Positions 1 to 9,836 are shown, counted from the first letter of the stretch. The stretch: DNA of 59,256 nt from Acidobacteriota bacterium (GCA_030669585.1 DAOVDI010000003.1:1-59256); one strand, 5' to 3'. Program-made: numbers and translations. Notes: generated from the letters alone by a model not told the origin.

Positions 1-62
1 AATACGGCTTCACGAACAGCCCCTTGCAGATGCATCAACCTCGACTCGTAAATAGTCCAGGC
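1..62. repeat. Dispersed hairpin repeat, copy A (truncated by window start)
   Basis: 60/62 identical to 14751-14812; similarity continues to ~92 vs ~14842. Confidence 0.9.
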
Positions 63-110
63 ACTTACTTCAACAGGACATAACAAAAACACCAGAATCC
101 TATTTTTATT

Positions 111-249
111 ATCGGCATTTTTTCCCTTTCAGGCGGGCCGACTCTCGGTACATCTGCTGTGTTATGACGGGTTTGCGGTGGATAACCACAGCTTCACCCG
201 CCATGCCTTGCATCTGCACCAATCTCGACCCGTGAATAATCCAGGTTAG
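111..249. repeat. Dispersed hairpin repeat, copy B (full length)
   Basis: Colinear with 53848-53983 (ATCGGCATTTTTT start, AATCTCGACCCGTGAATAA end); 208-249 is 41/42 identical to 14917-14958. Confidence 0.85.
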
Positions 250-269
250 TAAATCTTTTGAGAATTAAT

Positions 270-298
270 TTGACAAATATTATTATAGAATATAAGGT
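270..298 (+). promoter_or_regulatory. Putative sigma-70 promoter of the FHA/kinase operon
   Basis: TTGACA-17 bp-TAAGGT; GGAGG RBS before ATG 331. Confidence 0.55.
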
Positions 299-330
299 GA
301 TATAACCATTTTACCCAAGGAGGGATTGGG

Positions 331-1239
331 ATGAACAAAAAAATCATAATATTTTCTTTTGCTGTTTTTTTTCTGGTCGGGTTATTTGCAACGGATGCCC
401 TTGCAGCCCAGGAATGGATTAGTGATATTCTCGCCAATCCATCCAGATACTGGAACAGAAATGTCACTGTAGTCGGTGATGTTCAGGCAGTTGTCGCCAA
501 CCCACCCGGTACAACGCGGGGAACATATTCACTCTTGGATGACAGCGGGGTTGTTCCTCTAACGATCCAGACAAAAGACTTGCCGCCAATTGGCAAGACC
601 TTTCAGGTGACCGGTGTTATTGTCCAGGATCCGAATAATGCCAATGCTCCACTCATGAAGGAGAGCAAGAGAACGTCACCCGGATTGGCTTCCAATATGA
701 AGATCCTTCTGATCGCCGGAGGCGCCCTGTTCTTGATCCTGCTGATCATTTTTATAATTCTTCTAACTAAGCCAAAGACTCCGAGGGCCCCTCAGGCTAC
801 GGTTAGTCCCGCTCCCAGGCCGGTTCCTCCTCCTCCAGCTCAAGGTCCTGCTCCTGATAAAACGACCAAGATTCCCACTACGAAAACAGTTCCTCCTCCT
901 CCAACTCCGGATAAGACACAGGTTTTTTTGAGCCTTGGTGTAGAAATTATAATTGAAAAAGGGCCTGACCAGGGGAAAGAATTTGCATTGCACAAACAGG
1001 TCACAATGTTCGGCCGGTCAGGAGCCAGGAAAAACGAGATCGAATTGAAGGACGATACCGTATCCAAGGAACAGTGCTCAGTTTATTATGACAGTGTGAA
1101 CAAGCAGTTCACCATAAAAAACGAGAGCCAGACCAATGTCACTCAGTTGAATGGCCAATTGATCACAGATCCAGTAACCCTTAATAACGGTGACTTGATC
1201 GAAATGGGCAAAACAGTACTCAAATTTAAGAAAGAGTAG
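331..1239 (+). CDS. Membrane-anchored FHA protein (signal peptide, OB-fold-like periplasmic domain, TM, Pro-rich linker, C-terminal FHA)
   Basis: FHA motifs FGR...VSKEQ...TNVTQLNG...LNNGDLIEMG; TM ILLIAGGALFLILLIIFIILL; ALA-A signal peptide. Confidence 0.85.
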   Translation: MNKKIIIFSFAVFFLVGLFATDALAAQEWISDILANPSRYWNRNVTVVGDVQAVVANPPGTTRGTYSLLDDSGVVPLTIQTKDLPPIGKTFQVTGVIVQDPNNANAPLMKESKRTSPGLASNMKILLIAGGALFLILLIIFIILLTKPKTPRAPQATVSPAPRPVPPPPAQGPAPDKTTKIPTTKTVPPPPTPDKTQVFLSLGVEIIIEKGPDQGKEFALHKQVTMFGRSGARKNEIELKDDTVSKEQCSVYYDSVNKQFTIKNESQTNVTQLNGQLITDPVTLNNGDLIEMGKTVLKFKKE

Positions 1240-1337
1240 TTAATTTCCTATTTTTTAGGTGAAGGAAACCTGTTTTTTCAGGTAGAGGTCTATATATAGA
1301 TCATGATCGGTTGTTTTGATCGGAAGCGACAAGAACC

Positions 1338-2243
1338 ATGAAAATTGATGTATTCGGCCTTACAGATGTTGGGAAAAAGAGAAAAATAAATGAAGATAAT
1401 TTTCAGTGCACCATATTATCCAAAAAAAATATGGATAAAGGCGTTCCGGCATCACTGCTGATCGTTGCAGATGGAATCGGAGGACATGCAGGAGGGGATG
1501 CTGCCAGTGCCATGGCTGTAAATATCCTCAATGAGCGTATCCGAAATCAATACGGAACCGGCAATGCGGTGAAAGAAAATTATCATGCGATCATAGAAGC
1601 CGCTATTCAGGAAGCCAACAACGGCATATTTCAGAGGGCTGTAGAGGATCAAAACCTTGTTGGAATGGGAACAACAGTAGTCACTGCGCTTATTATCGAT
1701 TCTTTAGCTTTGATCTCCAATGTAGGGGACAGCCGCGCCTATTTGATCCGTGATAAGAATATCCTTCAAATCACAGAGGATCATTCCTGGAAAGCCGAGC
1801 AGTTGAAGTTGAAACTGCTCTTAGAGAAAGAGATCAGCGAGTCTCCGTTCAGGCATATGATCACACGCTCATTGGGATTTGATTCCAATGTAAATGTTGA
1901 TATTTTCTCTGTTGAGCTTTTTAATGATGATTTTCTCCTGTTGTGCTCAGATGGCCTGTATGAATCTCTGTCTGATGCGTATATGATGAATCTGATCCTT
2001 AAAAACAAGAACCCTGAAAAAATTTGCCTGAAGTTGATCAAAATGGCCAATAAAAAAGGGGGTCATGACAATATCACAGCCGTAGTCGCCCATTTAACCG
2101 GGAAGGAGAAAGCCGGCGCAAAAAAACCATGTCTTTCCGATACTGTAAAACTTGAGAAAAAGCACCGTGGTATGGCCGAAAAACATAGATGGAAGGATAC
2201 AGTGGATCTTTCTCCCTCCGACACAATTAAATTGGACACCTGA
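1338..2243 (+). CDS. PP2C/Stp1-family Ser/Thr phosphatase with C-terminal tail
   Basis: TDVGKKR, NED, DGIGGH, GMGTT, NVGDSRAY, LCSDGL, GGHDNIT. Confidence 0.95.
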   Translation: MKIDVFGLTDVGKKRKINEDNFQCTILSKKNMDKGVPASLLIVADGIGGHAGGDAASAMAVNILNERIRNQYGTGNAVKENYHAIIEAAIQEANNGIFQRAVEDQNLVGMGTTVVTALIIDSLALISNVGDSRAYLIRDKNILQITEDHSWKAEQLKLKLLLEKEISESPFRHMITRSLGFDSNVNVDIFSVELFNDDFLLLCSDGLYESLSDAYMMNLILKNKNPEKICLKLIKMANKKGGHDNITAVVAHLTGKEKAGAKKPCLSDTVKLEKKHRGMAEKHRWKDTVDLSPSDTIKLDT

Positions 2244-2288
2244 TCGATTCCGGCCGGAGGATATAATAACTCCGCAATGGAGATAGTG

Positions 2289-3437
2289 ATGAAAGAAAAT
2301 AATATTTGCTTTCTAAAATGGTCTGTTCTTGTATTGATCCTGTTAAGCTTTTTTCCCGTGCAGGGATATTCCCAGGATAAGGCTGTTAATCTTCAGCGGA
2401 TCGATATCACTCGGCTCCCTGAGATACGTCTTTTTTTTACGGTTACCAATGAGAATGGGGACTCGATCCCAGGTCTCACGGAAAATGAGCTGGAAATAAC
2501 TGTTGATGGCGAGAAGCAGCAGATCTCCTCTTTGACATCGGCCTTTGAAGGCGGTGTTTATCTGGCAGTAGCCCTTCTTTTTGACAGAAGCGGCAGCATG
2601 AAGAATGCTATTGATAAGTCCAAAGATGCAGGCGCAGCCTTCCTTAAAAGGATGAGCGGGGAGGACCGGATCGCTGTTATATCCTTTGATCATAAAGTGG
2701 AAGTCAATTCAACTTTTACAAAAGACAGGGCTGCAAGCGAAGAGGCGATCGACAAGATAGTTTTAGGAGGAGATACCGCACTTTATGACGCGATTCATGA
2801 AGCCCTCGGACTTTTAAAGAATGAGGCGACACCACGGCAGGCTGTTGTTATCCTAAGTGATGGTAAAGATACAAAAAGCCGCATTCAGAGAGATGAAATG
2901 CTGGCCGGATTAAAAAACAAAAATGTTCCCATTTTCGCCATCAACTTAGATAGTCAAGGGGATGAAAACAATCTGAAGGATCTTGCACAACAAACCGGCG
3001 GAAATTATTTTGAAGCTGCTACTCCCAATGAGCTTCTTTATGTGTACCGGGTGATCGCTGATCAGCTTAATAACCAGTATGTCTTGGCCTTTCAATCCAC
3101 ATCCATACAGGATGAAAAGTTTCATGGACTGGAAGTAACCTTTAAAGACCCTGCCGGGCAGAGCGTTTCCGTTCAAAAGGAATATATCGCTACTAAAGGG
3201 CCGGGTGTCCGGCTGGAGACGGTTTCCGGGTTAATGAGACAGGTGGAAATGCGGAGTGTTATCCTGATCGTTGGGATCGGAACAATTTTTGGTTTGCTTT
3301 TAGGACTGGTGATCCTGCTTCTTCTCAAGCTTGCGCGTCCCAAGATCCGCGTCTTTTCTTTGTTGAGCCTGGCTTTGATCCTTTCCACAGTAATTTTTGG
3401 TGGGATTATTGGTGCGATATATCATTATCTGTTATGA
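2289..3437 (+). CDS. Exported vWA domain protein with two C-terminal TM helices
   Basis: MIDAS DRSGS, GDTALYDA, LSDG; signal peptide; GGAG RBS favours ATG 2289 over 2277. Confidence 0.9.
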   Translation: MKENNICFLKWSVLVLILLSFFPVQGYSQDKAVNLQRIDITRLPEIRLFFTVTNENGDSIPGLTENELEITVDGEKQQISSLTSAFEGGVYLAVALLFDRSGSMKNAIDKSKDAGAAFLKRMSGEDRIAVISFDHKVEVNSTFTKDRAASEEAIDKIVLGGDTALYDAIHEALGLLKNEATPRQAVVILSDGKDTKSRIQRDEMLAGLKNKNVPIFAINLDSQGDENNLKDLAQQTGGNYFEAATPNELLYVYRVIADQLNNQYVLAFQSTSIQDEKFHGLEVTFKDPAGQSVSVQKEYIATKGPGVRLETVSGLMRQVEMRSVILIVGIGTIFGLLLGLVILLLLKLARPKIRVFSLLSLALILSTVIFGGIIGAIYHYLL

Positions 3438-3457
3438 TTTAAATACACTGGATAAAA

Positions 3458-5797
3458 ATGGAAAAAATCGGGAAATATAACATTACCGGAGAGATCGGCC
3501 GTGGCGCTATGGGGATCGTTTACAAAGGAGAAGATCCAGTTATCGGTCGTCCTGTGGCCATTAAGACCATCCGTTTCGACACTCTTACCCAGGCGAGTGA
3601 GCAGGTAAATGCCCAGCGCCGGTTCATGAGGGAAGCACGTTCTGCAGGGAATCTTTCTCATCCGAACATTGTGACTATTTACGATGTAGGAGAGGATGAA
3701 GGGCTGACCTATATCGTAATGGAGTTTATTGAAGGTCAAAGCTTCGAGGAGCTGATTACTGCCGGCCAACGGTTTTCTGTGGATGAGATCATAGCCATAA
3801 TGGCCCAGATTGGGGAGGCTCTGGATTTTGCACATAGTAAGGGTATCGTCCACCGGGACATCAAACCGGGCAATATCCTGCTGGATCGGGCGGGCCGGCC
3901 GCATATTGTTGATTTCGGAATTGCGAGAATCTCATCATCCACTATGACTCAGACGAGTATGGTCATGGGGACACCCTTTTATATGTCGCCTGAACAGATT
4001 GCCGGGAGAAAGGTCGACAACAGGGCGGATATATTTTCATTGGGTGCCGTATTGTATGAGATGCTCACTCTTCAGAAAGCTTTTCCCGGTGACAACATCA
4101 CTACTGTGATCTATAAGATTGTCAATGAGCATCCTGTGCCTGCACGAAACTTTCAACAAGACCTGCCTGACGGATTGGACCATATCCTTCATAAGGCACT
4201 TGCAAAAGACCCTTCTCAACGCTACTCCACCTGTGCGGAGTTGGCACAGGATCTGCAGAATTATCCTGCCTATGCCGGAATTGTTCCTAATGAGCCTCCT
4301 TTGGTTACTGCACCCATCCCGGTGCATGAAAAAGTGCGAAAAACGGCCCACAGGACAGATGTGCCTTCTGTGGCTGATCCGGTGTTTTCCGGGCAAAAGG
4401 AAAGAAACCGAAAACCGCTGCTGTATGTGTTGGGAGCAATGATGATTGTGGTGATCTTTATTGTTGTTGCTGTGGTGATCTTTTCAAATAAAGACAAGAC
4501 GCCGGTTGTTTCAGGGGGCGGAGGGCCTCCTGTTCAGCCAATAATCCTTCCAATGGAAAAACCGCAGGAAAAACCGGATCCGGAAATAAGCTTATCTGAA
4601 CAGATAAAATCTTATGAAGAGCGAGCGGAAACGCTTTTTAAGAAAGGCAATAATGAAGGGGCCATCCTTCTACTGGAAAAGATTCTGGAACTGAATCCAA
4701 AACACAGCAAAGCCGAATTGAATCTTGGTCTGGTCCTGGCTGACCAGGGTCGTTTGGATGAAGCAAAAAAGAAATTTAAAAACTATTTGGTAGATAATAC
4801 AGAGGACCCAGCGCCATATTTTTATCTGGGCCTTCTTTCAGAGGAAGTGAATGATCCGGAAAGGGCACTGGCTTATCTGAAGATATATAGGGACATGGCG
4901 CCTGAGGGGCCGGATATCTATGAGGTTGAAAAAACGATCAGCAAACTGGAAAAAGAAGCACAGGCGAAACAGGATCAGGAACAAATTGCCGATAATCCGC
5001 CTGAAAAAAAAGTAAAGACAGTTCTGGATATAACAGAACCCAGGAAAAAACCAGAGGTCAAGCCTATTGCAAAACAAAAAGAGGAAGGTCCAAAACCCGA
5101 AGAACAGGAAGAAAAGACCTCAGAGGTCTCATCACTTCTGGATCAGGGGATTAGGGCTTTTGATGCAAAAAAATATGATCAGACCATTCTGCAGATGAGG
5201 GCGGTTTTAGAAATAGAACCTCAAAACAGTATTGCCAATTACTACATCAACAAAGCCAAAAGCGTAAAGGCGGAAAGACAGAAACAGCAGAGAATCAAGA
5301 ATCTTCTGCGGGGAGCAAAGTCAGACCTGGATAAAAATGATTTCAACCGGTGCATCCAGCGGACTCGGAATGTTCTCCAGCTTGATCCAAAAAATGCGGA
5401 AGCCTCTGATATCATGGTGCGGGCGAATGCTGCTAAACAGGAATATTCGGTCCGCTCCATCTTTGACGCTTACAGCAGGAGTTATGGGTCCGGGAATTTG
5501 GATGCTTTTTTTAAAAAATATTGTGTTCCCACAGTTTACAATAAGGAAAAATCCAAGGCCAGGATGCTTACTTCCTTTTACCGTAATTTCAGCAATCAGT
5601 TCAGCGATCCTGAAATTATTATGACTATTGATGGTAACGGTCCTGACAGCGCCATAGTGCAGTTCCAACAGGTCAGCAAAGCGATATCCAAGGCACAGGG
5701 CATAGAAGGAGAGATCGTTAATGGTTCATACAAATGGGAGCTCAAGGAGGCCGGGAAAAATTGGATGATCATTAAGATTACTTACTGGGGACGGTAA
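3458..5797 (+). CDS. Transmembrane Hanks-type Ser/Thr kinase with extracytoplasmic TPRs
   Basis: GRGAMG, VAIK, HRDIKPGN, DFG, TMTQT...GTPFYMSPE; TM near aa 322-343; TPR-like helices; C-terminal alpha/beta (NTF2-like?) domain. Confidence 0.95.
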   Translation: MEKIGKYNITGEIGRGAMGIVYKGEDPVIGRPVAIKTIRFDTLTQASEQVNAQRRFMREARSAGNLSHPNIVTIYDVGEDEGLTYIVMEFIEGQSFEELITAGQRFSVDEIIAIMAQIGEALDFAHSKGIVHRDIKPGNILLDRAGRPHIVDFGIARISSSTMTQTSMVMGTPFYMSPEQIAGRKVDNRADIFSLGAVLYEMLTLQKAFPGDNITTVIYKIVNEHPVPARNFQQDLPDGLDHILHKALAKDPSQRYSTCAELAQDLQNYPAYAGIVPNEPPLVTAPIPVHEKVRKTAHRTDVPSVADPVFSGQKERNRKPLLYVLGAMMIVVIFIVVAVVIFSNKDKTPVVSGGGGPPVQPIILPMEKPQEKPDPEISLSEQIKSYEERAETLFKKGNNEGAILLLEKILELNPKHSKAELNLGLVLADQGRLDEAKKKFKNYLVDNTEDPAPYFYLGLLSEEVNDPERALAYLKIYRDMAPEGPDIYEVEKTISKLEKEAQAKQDQEQIADNPPEKKVKTVLDITEPRKKPEVKPIAKQKEEGPKPEEQEEKTSEVSSLLDQGIRAFDAKKYDQTILQMRAVLEIEPQNSIANYYINKAKSVKAERQKQQRIKNLLRGAKSDLDKNDFNRCIQRTRNVLQLDPKNAEASDIMVRANAAKQEYSVRSIFDAYSRSYGSGNLDAFFKKYCVPTVYNKEKSKARMLTSFYRNFSNQFSDPEIIMTIDGNGPDSAIVQFQQVSKAISKAQGIEGEIVNGSYKWELKEAGKNWMIIKITYWGR

Positions 5798-5823
5798 AAA
5801 AAACAAGGAGGGATAGGAAGACA

Positions 5824-6924
5824 ATGAGTAAATTTAAGAGAAATCGGTTTTTTTTGTATCTAGCTTTGATGGCCACGTTTATATTTGTTTTGATTCCGAG
5901 TTTTGAAACTGGTCTGAATGGGTCTCAGGCAGCGTCATTAATGCGAATCTCACATACGCAGGTGAAGTATTTTATTCCCGGAGCCAGGATCCAGGTAAAA
6001 GCCCTGGTTTCTGATGAAGCAGGAGTTATGCTTGTACGCTGTTATTTTAAAGCCAAAGGCGAAACGAATTATGTTTTTGTAGAAATGCCTTTGATCGTTG
6101 GAAATGAGTATATTGGCGTTTTGCCCGCCCCGTCAGCAGCAACCAGTGCTATTGAATACATCCTGCTGTCTGTCAATCAGAACGGCCTGGTGGTTCGCAG
6201 CCAGGTATTTGAGGCCAAGCGCGACACAGGCCGGGAAAAGCCTGTATGGCAGGATGTCAATATGAGCGGCAGCGTTGCAGTGAATACAGAACTGGCCCGG
6301 GCGCCTCGCAGTCTGCCTGGTTTTGCCGATAACATTACAGCTGATGTCATTGAATCGGCCTTTCGGTTTGGTTATGTGGTCGAGGGGATCTATATGCTCA
6401 GCCAGATGGTCGGCGCTGCTCCGGTTGGTGCTGTCAGCGGCGGAACTGTTTCCGCCACCACTACAAAGGCCATTTCTCAGATAGAATCCACTCCCAAAAT
6501 ATCAAGAATTCCCGTGACCAGGCAGCCGGCAAAAACTCCTCCTAAGAAAAAGAAAGGGATCAGTCCTCTTATTATCGTTGGCGGAGCGGCCATAGTAACC
6601 GGAGGAGTGCTTCTAGCGACAGGAGTGCTTGGGACAAAGAAGTTGAATGTTCGGATCACGGTGTCGGATTATGGAGTTATTGATAATCAATTTGAAGTTT
6701 ATCTAGACGGTGAATTGCTAGGTACTACAACTCCCGGAGGGAGCGGTTCTTGGACGAGAGAATTAAAGGAAAAATCCACTCATACGCTTAAAATCACTAA
6801 TCTTACTGGCGGTACATATTGCACTTTTTCAATTTCCAATACGAATAAATCGGCAGAGGACTTTGTCTGGTTAGACTACGGCGTGTCCCATACTGTGTCA
6901 TTTATAGTCAACGAAGCGAATTGA
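5824..6924 (+). CDS. Unknown exported protein (beta-rich N domain, linker, KKKK + Gly-rich hydrophobic helix, beta-rich C domain)
   Basis: Long ORF in operon with GGAGG/AGGA RBS; signal-like N-terminus; LIIVGGAAIVTGGVLLATGVLG segment. Confidence 0.75.
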   Translation: MSKFKRNRFFLYLALMATFIFVLIPSFETGLNGSQAASLMRISHTQVKYFIPGARIQVKALVSDEAGVMLVRCYFKAKGETNYVFVEMPLIVGNEYIGVLPAPSAATSAIEYILLSVNQNGLVVRSQVFEAKRDTGREKPVWQDVNMSGSVAVNTELARAPRSLPGFADNITADVIESAFRFGYVVEGIYMLSQMVGAAPVGAVSGGTVSATTTKAISQIESTPKISRIPVTRQPAKTPPKKKKGISPLIIVGGAAIVTGGVLLATGVLGTKKLNVRITVSDYGVIDNQFEVYLDGELLGTTTPGGSGSWTRELKEKSTHTLKITNLTGGTYCTFSISNTNKSAEDFVWLDYGVSHTVSFIVNEAN

Positions 6925-6945
6925 AGTTATGTAACCGGAATTTAT

Positions 6946-8349
6946 TTGGTGCGATTTTTTCTCGTTATTTTGCTTGCTTGTGTTACTGCCGGTGTATTTC
7001 TCTGTCAGTCCGGAATTTCTGAATCCGCGGATGATATTCTCCATTTTACACTGGAGGAGGCGATCAACCGGGCTCTAACCGCCAATCGAAGTATTGCCAA
7101 TGCCCTTGATCAGGTTGCGCAGACCCGGTTTTCTCTGGTTTCTTCCAGAACTGATTTTGAGCTTAAGATAATCCCCGAGGTCTACCTGGACCTCGCCAAA
7201 GGGAGAAAAGATTATGGGGCAGCCCTTTCTATTGATAAAAAACTTTCAACAGGAACAGGGCTGTTGATCAGTCCTTCTATTCAGAGGATCGGTGAAACTT
7301 ATGAAACGGGCATGGATATTTTACTGACCCAGTCTCTTCTCCGCGGTTTCAGCACAGATTATAATCTTCGGGGGGTCAAACAATCCGAGTATTTGCTCCG
7401 TTCGTCTCAAAGAGATCTTTACTTGACGCAGGTTAGTGTTGTTCTGGCCGCGGTTTCGGCTGTCTACAATGTAATACGCCTGAGGGAGATCCTTCGCCTC
7501 CAGCAGTCCTCTCATGAAAGATTGCAGGGTTATACCGAAGCGGCTGGTGTAAAGCAGAAGATGGGATTGGCCACAGCCATTGATGTGTACAGAGCAAGGA
7601 TCAAACTCAATCAGGCGGAAAGCTTCCTGATCGCAAGCCGCGAAGCCTATCAGGATGCCCTGGACAATCTTCGGATCATACTGGCTGTTCCCCTTGAAAA
7701 GGCGATAGATGTTTCCGCTCCATTGACATACACGGTCATTCATGTGGAGGAAGAAAATGCCATTCTGGTTTCAATGAGTGAACGCGTGGAGATCATTCAG
7801 ATCAAAGATCTGATCGCTAATCTGGAACTTCAGGCCAGAACTGCAAAACACAATATTCTTCCTGACGTGGACCTGACCTTGAAATATTCCTCCAAAGGCT
7901 CAGACTCAGCCCTGAAAGAGAGTCTGAAAACCAATAAGGGCAGTGTAGAGCTGGGACTGGCGACTTCAGGGAATGTATCCCGCACCAGGGAAAAAGCGGC
8001 CTACGAAAGAAGCCGGATCGCGATTCACAGCGCATCCCGGCTGATGGACTTGAAATGTGATGAGATCAAAAGGGAAGTGAAGTTTTCCCTTCGCAACCTT
8101 TATCGAAACATGAAGAACATCGAGATCCAAAAGGAGCAGATCACTCAGGCGAAGGGAAAACTCGAACTGGCGAAGGTGAAATTTTCCAGGGGCATGGCAG
8201 GCAATTTTGACATGATAGAAGCAGAGACAGAGCTGCGCACAGCAGAAATAAGCCTTATATCGGCTGTCATTCAATATATTGAAAGACAATTCAGACTGAA
8301 GGCGGCCATGGGCATTTTGATAGACAAGCAGGGGAAGGTGTCTTCATGA
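6946..8349 (+). CDS. TolC-family outer membrane protein
   Basis: FTLEEAINRALTAN start, helical OEP repeats, terminal LKAAMG; adjacent to MFP. Confidence 0.85.
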   Translation: MVRFFLVILLACVTAGVFLCQSGISESADDILHFTLEEAINRALTANRSIANALDQVAQTRFSLVSSRTDFELKIIPEVYLDLAKGRKDYGAALSIDKKLSTGTGLLISPSIQRIGETYETGMDILLTQSLLRGFSTDYNLRGVKQSEYLLRSSQRDLYLTQVSVVLAAVSAVYNVIRLREILRLQQSSHERLQGYTEAAGVKQKMGLATAIDVYRARIKLNQAESFLIASREAYQDALDNLRIILAVPLEKAIDVSAPLTYTVIHVEEENAILVSMSERVEIIQIKDLIANLELQARTAKHNILPDVDLTLKYSSKGSDSALKESLKTNKGSVELGLATSGNVSRTREKAAYERSRIAIHSASRLMDLKCDEIKREVKFSLRNLYRNMKNIEIQKEQITQAKGKLELAKVKFSRGMAGNFDMIEAETELRTAEISLISAVIQYIERQFRLKAAMGILIDKQGKVSS

Positions 8350-9836
8350 CCAGGATCGATCGAAAAACAATCATTATCAGTGCGGTTGTGATTTTTGTTC
8401 TTGCTGCTGTTCTTTTGATCTTTTTAAACCGGAATAAAAGCCAGATACAGGCAATCCCTTTTGCAAGCGTCGGCTTCAGGAATTTTGAGGTCAATGTTTT
8501 TGCTTTAGGCGAGCTGGATTCGGAAAAGTCCATTACTGTCAGTTCCGGGCTCAAAGAAGAAGGGAAGATCGTTTTTCTGATCGAGGATGGGACCAGTGTT
8601 GACCTTGGAGATGTTCTGGTTAAAATGGACCCGGCTCCTTTTGAAGAAAAGGTTTCACAGCTGACATCCAAAGTCAATGAATGGAACGCCATTATTGCTG
8701 CTCAGCAGCAGACCCTGGAGTGGGAGAAGATTCAGGCAGATCAGGAATTACAGACTTCAAAATACGACTTTCAGGTAGCAGAACTGGAACTGCAAAAGCT
8801 GGAAAAAGGGGATGGGCCTTTGGAACTGTCCAGACTTGAAGGCGCCATGCTGGAGGAAAAAAAGAAATATGAGGAATTGAAGGGATACATCGATGATCTG
8901 GAGGACTTGGTAAAAAAGGGGTATAGTAATCCTCTTGAGATTGCGCAGGCAAAGGAGCGGGTGGATAAGCTTGAAAAAAGTTATGAGGTCGCCAGGCAGC
9001 AGTATGAGAGCTATAGAGATTTTATTCTACCTACTTTGCTCAAGAGCGCAAAAGTCAAAGTTGAAAAAACAAAGATGGTTATTGAACAAACCAGAAAAGG
9101 GGCAGGATTCAAGATAGGAAAAGCCATTGCCGAACTTAATAAGAGCAAGCAGGAATACAAAGCACTGCAGCAGCTTCTTGCAAATGCACAGATAGAACTG
9201 GAGAAGACAACTGTCCGGGCGCCTCAAAGAGGGCTTGTTGTTCTTAAAGAGTCCTACCGTGAAGGGGAGATGCGAAAACCACGCGTGGGGGACATGGTGA
9301 TCCGGAATCAGCCTATCCTGTTTTTACCCGACATCTCTTCCATGATGGCAAAGATCCTGATCCGGGAGGTCGATCTTTATAAGATCGATATCGGAAAACC
9401 TGTTAAGATCCAGGTGGATGCCTATCCCGAGCTTTCATTCGAGGGTGAAGTTGTTTTTATCGGTATTTTGGCCGAGCGGCGCCGTGAAGTCAGAGGGGGT
9501 GAAAAATATTTCAAGGTGAATGTTACCATCCATGAGCCTGACAGCAGGCTCAGACCGGGGATGACGGCCAGAGTGAGGATTTTGTCAAAGGCAAAAAAGG
9601 AAAAAACCATAGTTGTGCCCATCCATGCTGTGTTTCAGGAAGAAGAAATGCGATTCTGCTATATCGCACGTCCGGAAGGATTTGAAATACGAGAGGTGCT
9701 GCTTGGAGCGCAGAACGATACCTTTGTCCAGATTTTGGATGGATTGAATAAGGGAGAAAAGATCTGTTTGAGCCGCCCTCCAAAAAATAGGGTAAAAACA
9801 ACAAAATATTTAGAGAAACCTCAAAAAATGAATTGA
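8346..9836 (+). CDS. Efflux periplasmic adaptor (MFP, MacA/HlyD-like)
   Basis: N-terminal anchor, lipoyl halves (G..VDLGDVL; TTVRAPQRG), long coiled coil, LRPGMTA. Confidence 0.9.
   Translation: MTRIDRKTIIISAVVIFVLAAVLLIFLNRNKSQIQAIPFASVGFRNFEVNVFALGELDSEKSITVSSGLKEEGKIVFLIEDGTSVDLGDVLVKMDPAPFEEKVSQLTSKVNEWNAIIAAQQQTLEWEKIQADQELQTSKYDFQVAELELQKLEKGDGPLELSRLEGAMLEEKKKYEELKGYIDDLEDLVKKGYSNPLEIAQAKERVDKLEKSYEVARQQYESYRDFILPTLLKSAKVKVEKTKMVIEQTRKGAGFKIGKAIAELNKSKQEYKALQQLLANAQIELEKTTVRAPQRGLVVLKESYREGEMRKPRVGDMVIRNQPILFLPDISSMMAKILIREVDLYKIDIGKPVKIQVDAYPELSFEGEVVFIGILAERRREVRGGEKYFKVNVTIHEPDSRLRPGMTARVRILSKAKKEKTIVVPIHAVFQEEEMRFCYIARPEGFEIREVLLGAQNDTFVQILDGLNKGEKICLSRPPKNRVKTTKYLEKPQKMN

Noticed and set aside
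1-249. CRISPR array or integron attC interpretation of the dispersed repeat
   Set aside because: No regular repeat-spacer period, no cas or intI gene, and no consistent RYYYAAC/GTTRRRY pair
1240-1337. Small hairpins between the FHA and PP2C genes
   Set aside because: Stems are only 4-6 bp in AT-rich DNA; no recognisable terminator or riboswitch
1338-5797. TerY-P-type defence triad (vWA, PP2C, kinase)
   Set aside because: The vWA protein is exported and membrane-anchored, and the kinase is a PknB-like TM receptor; TerY-P components are cytosolic
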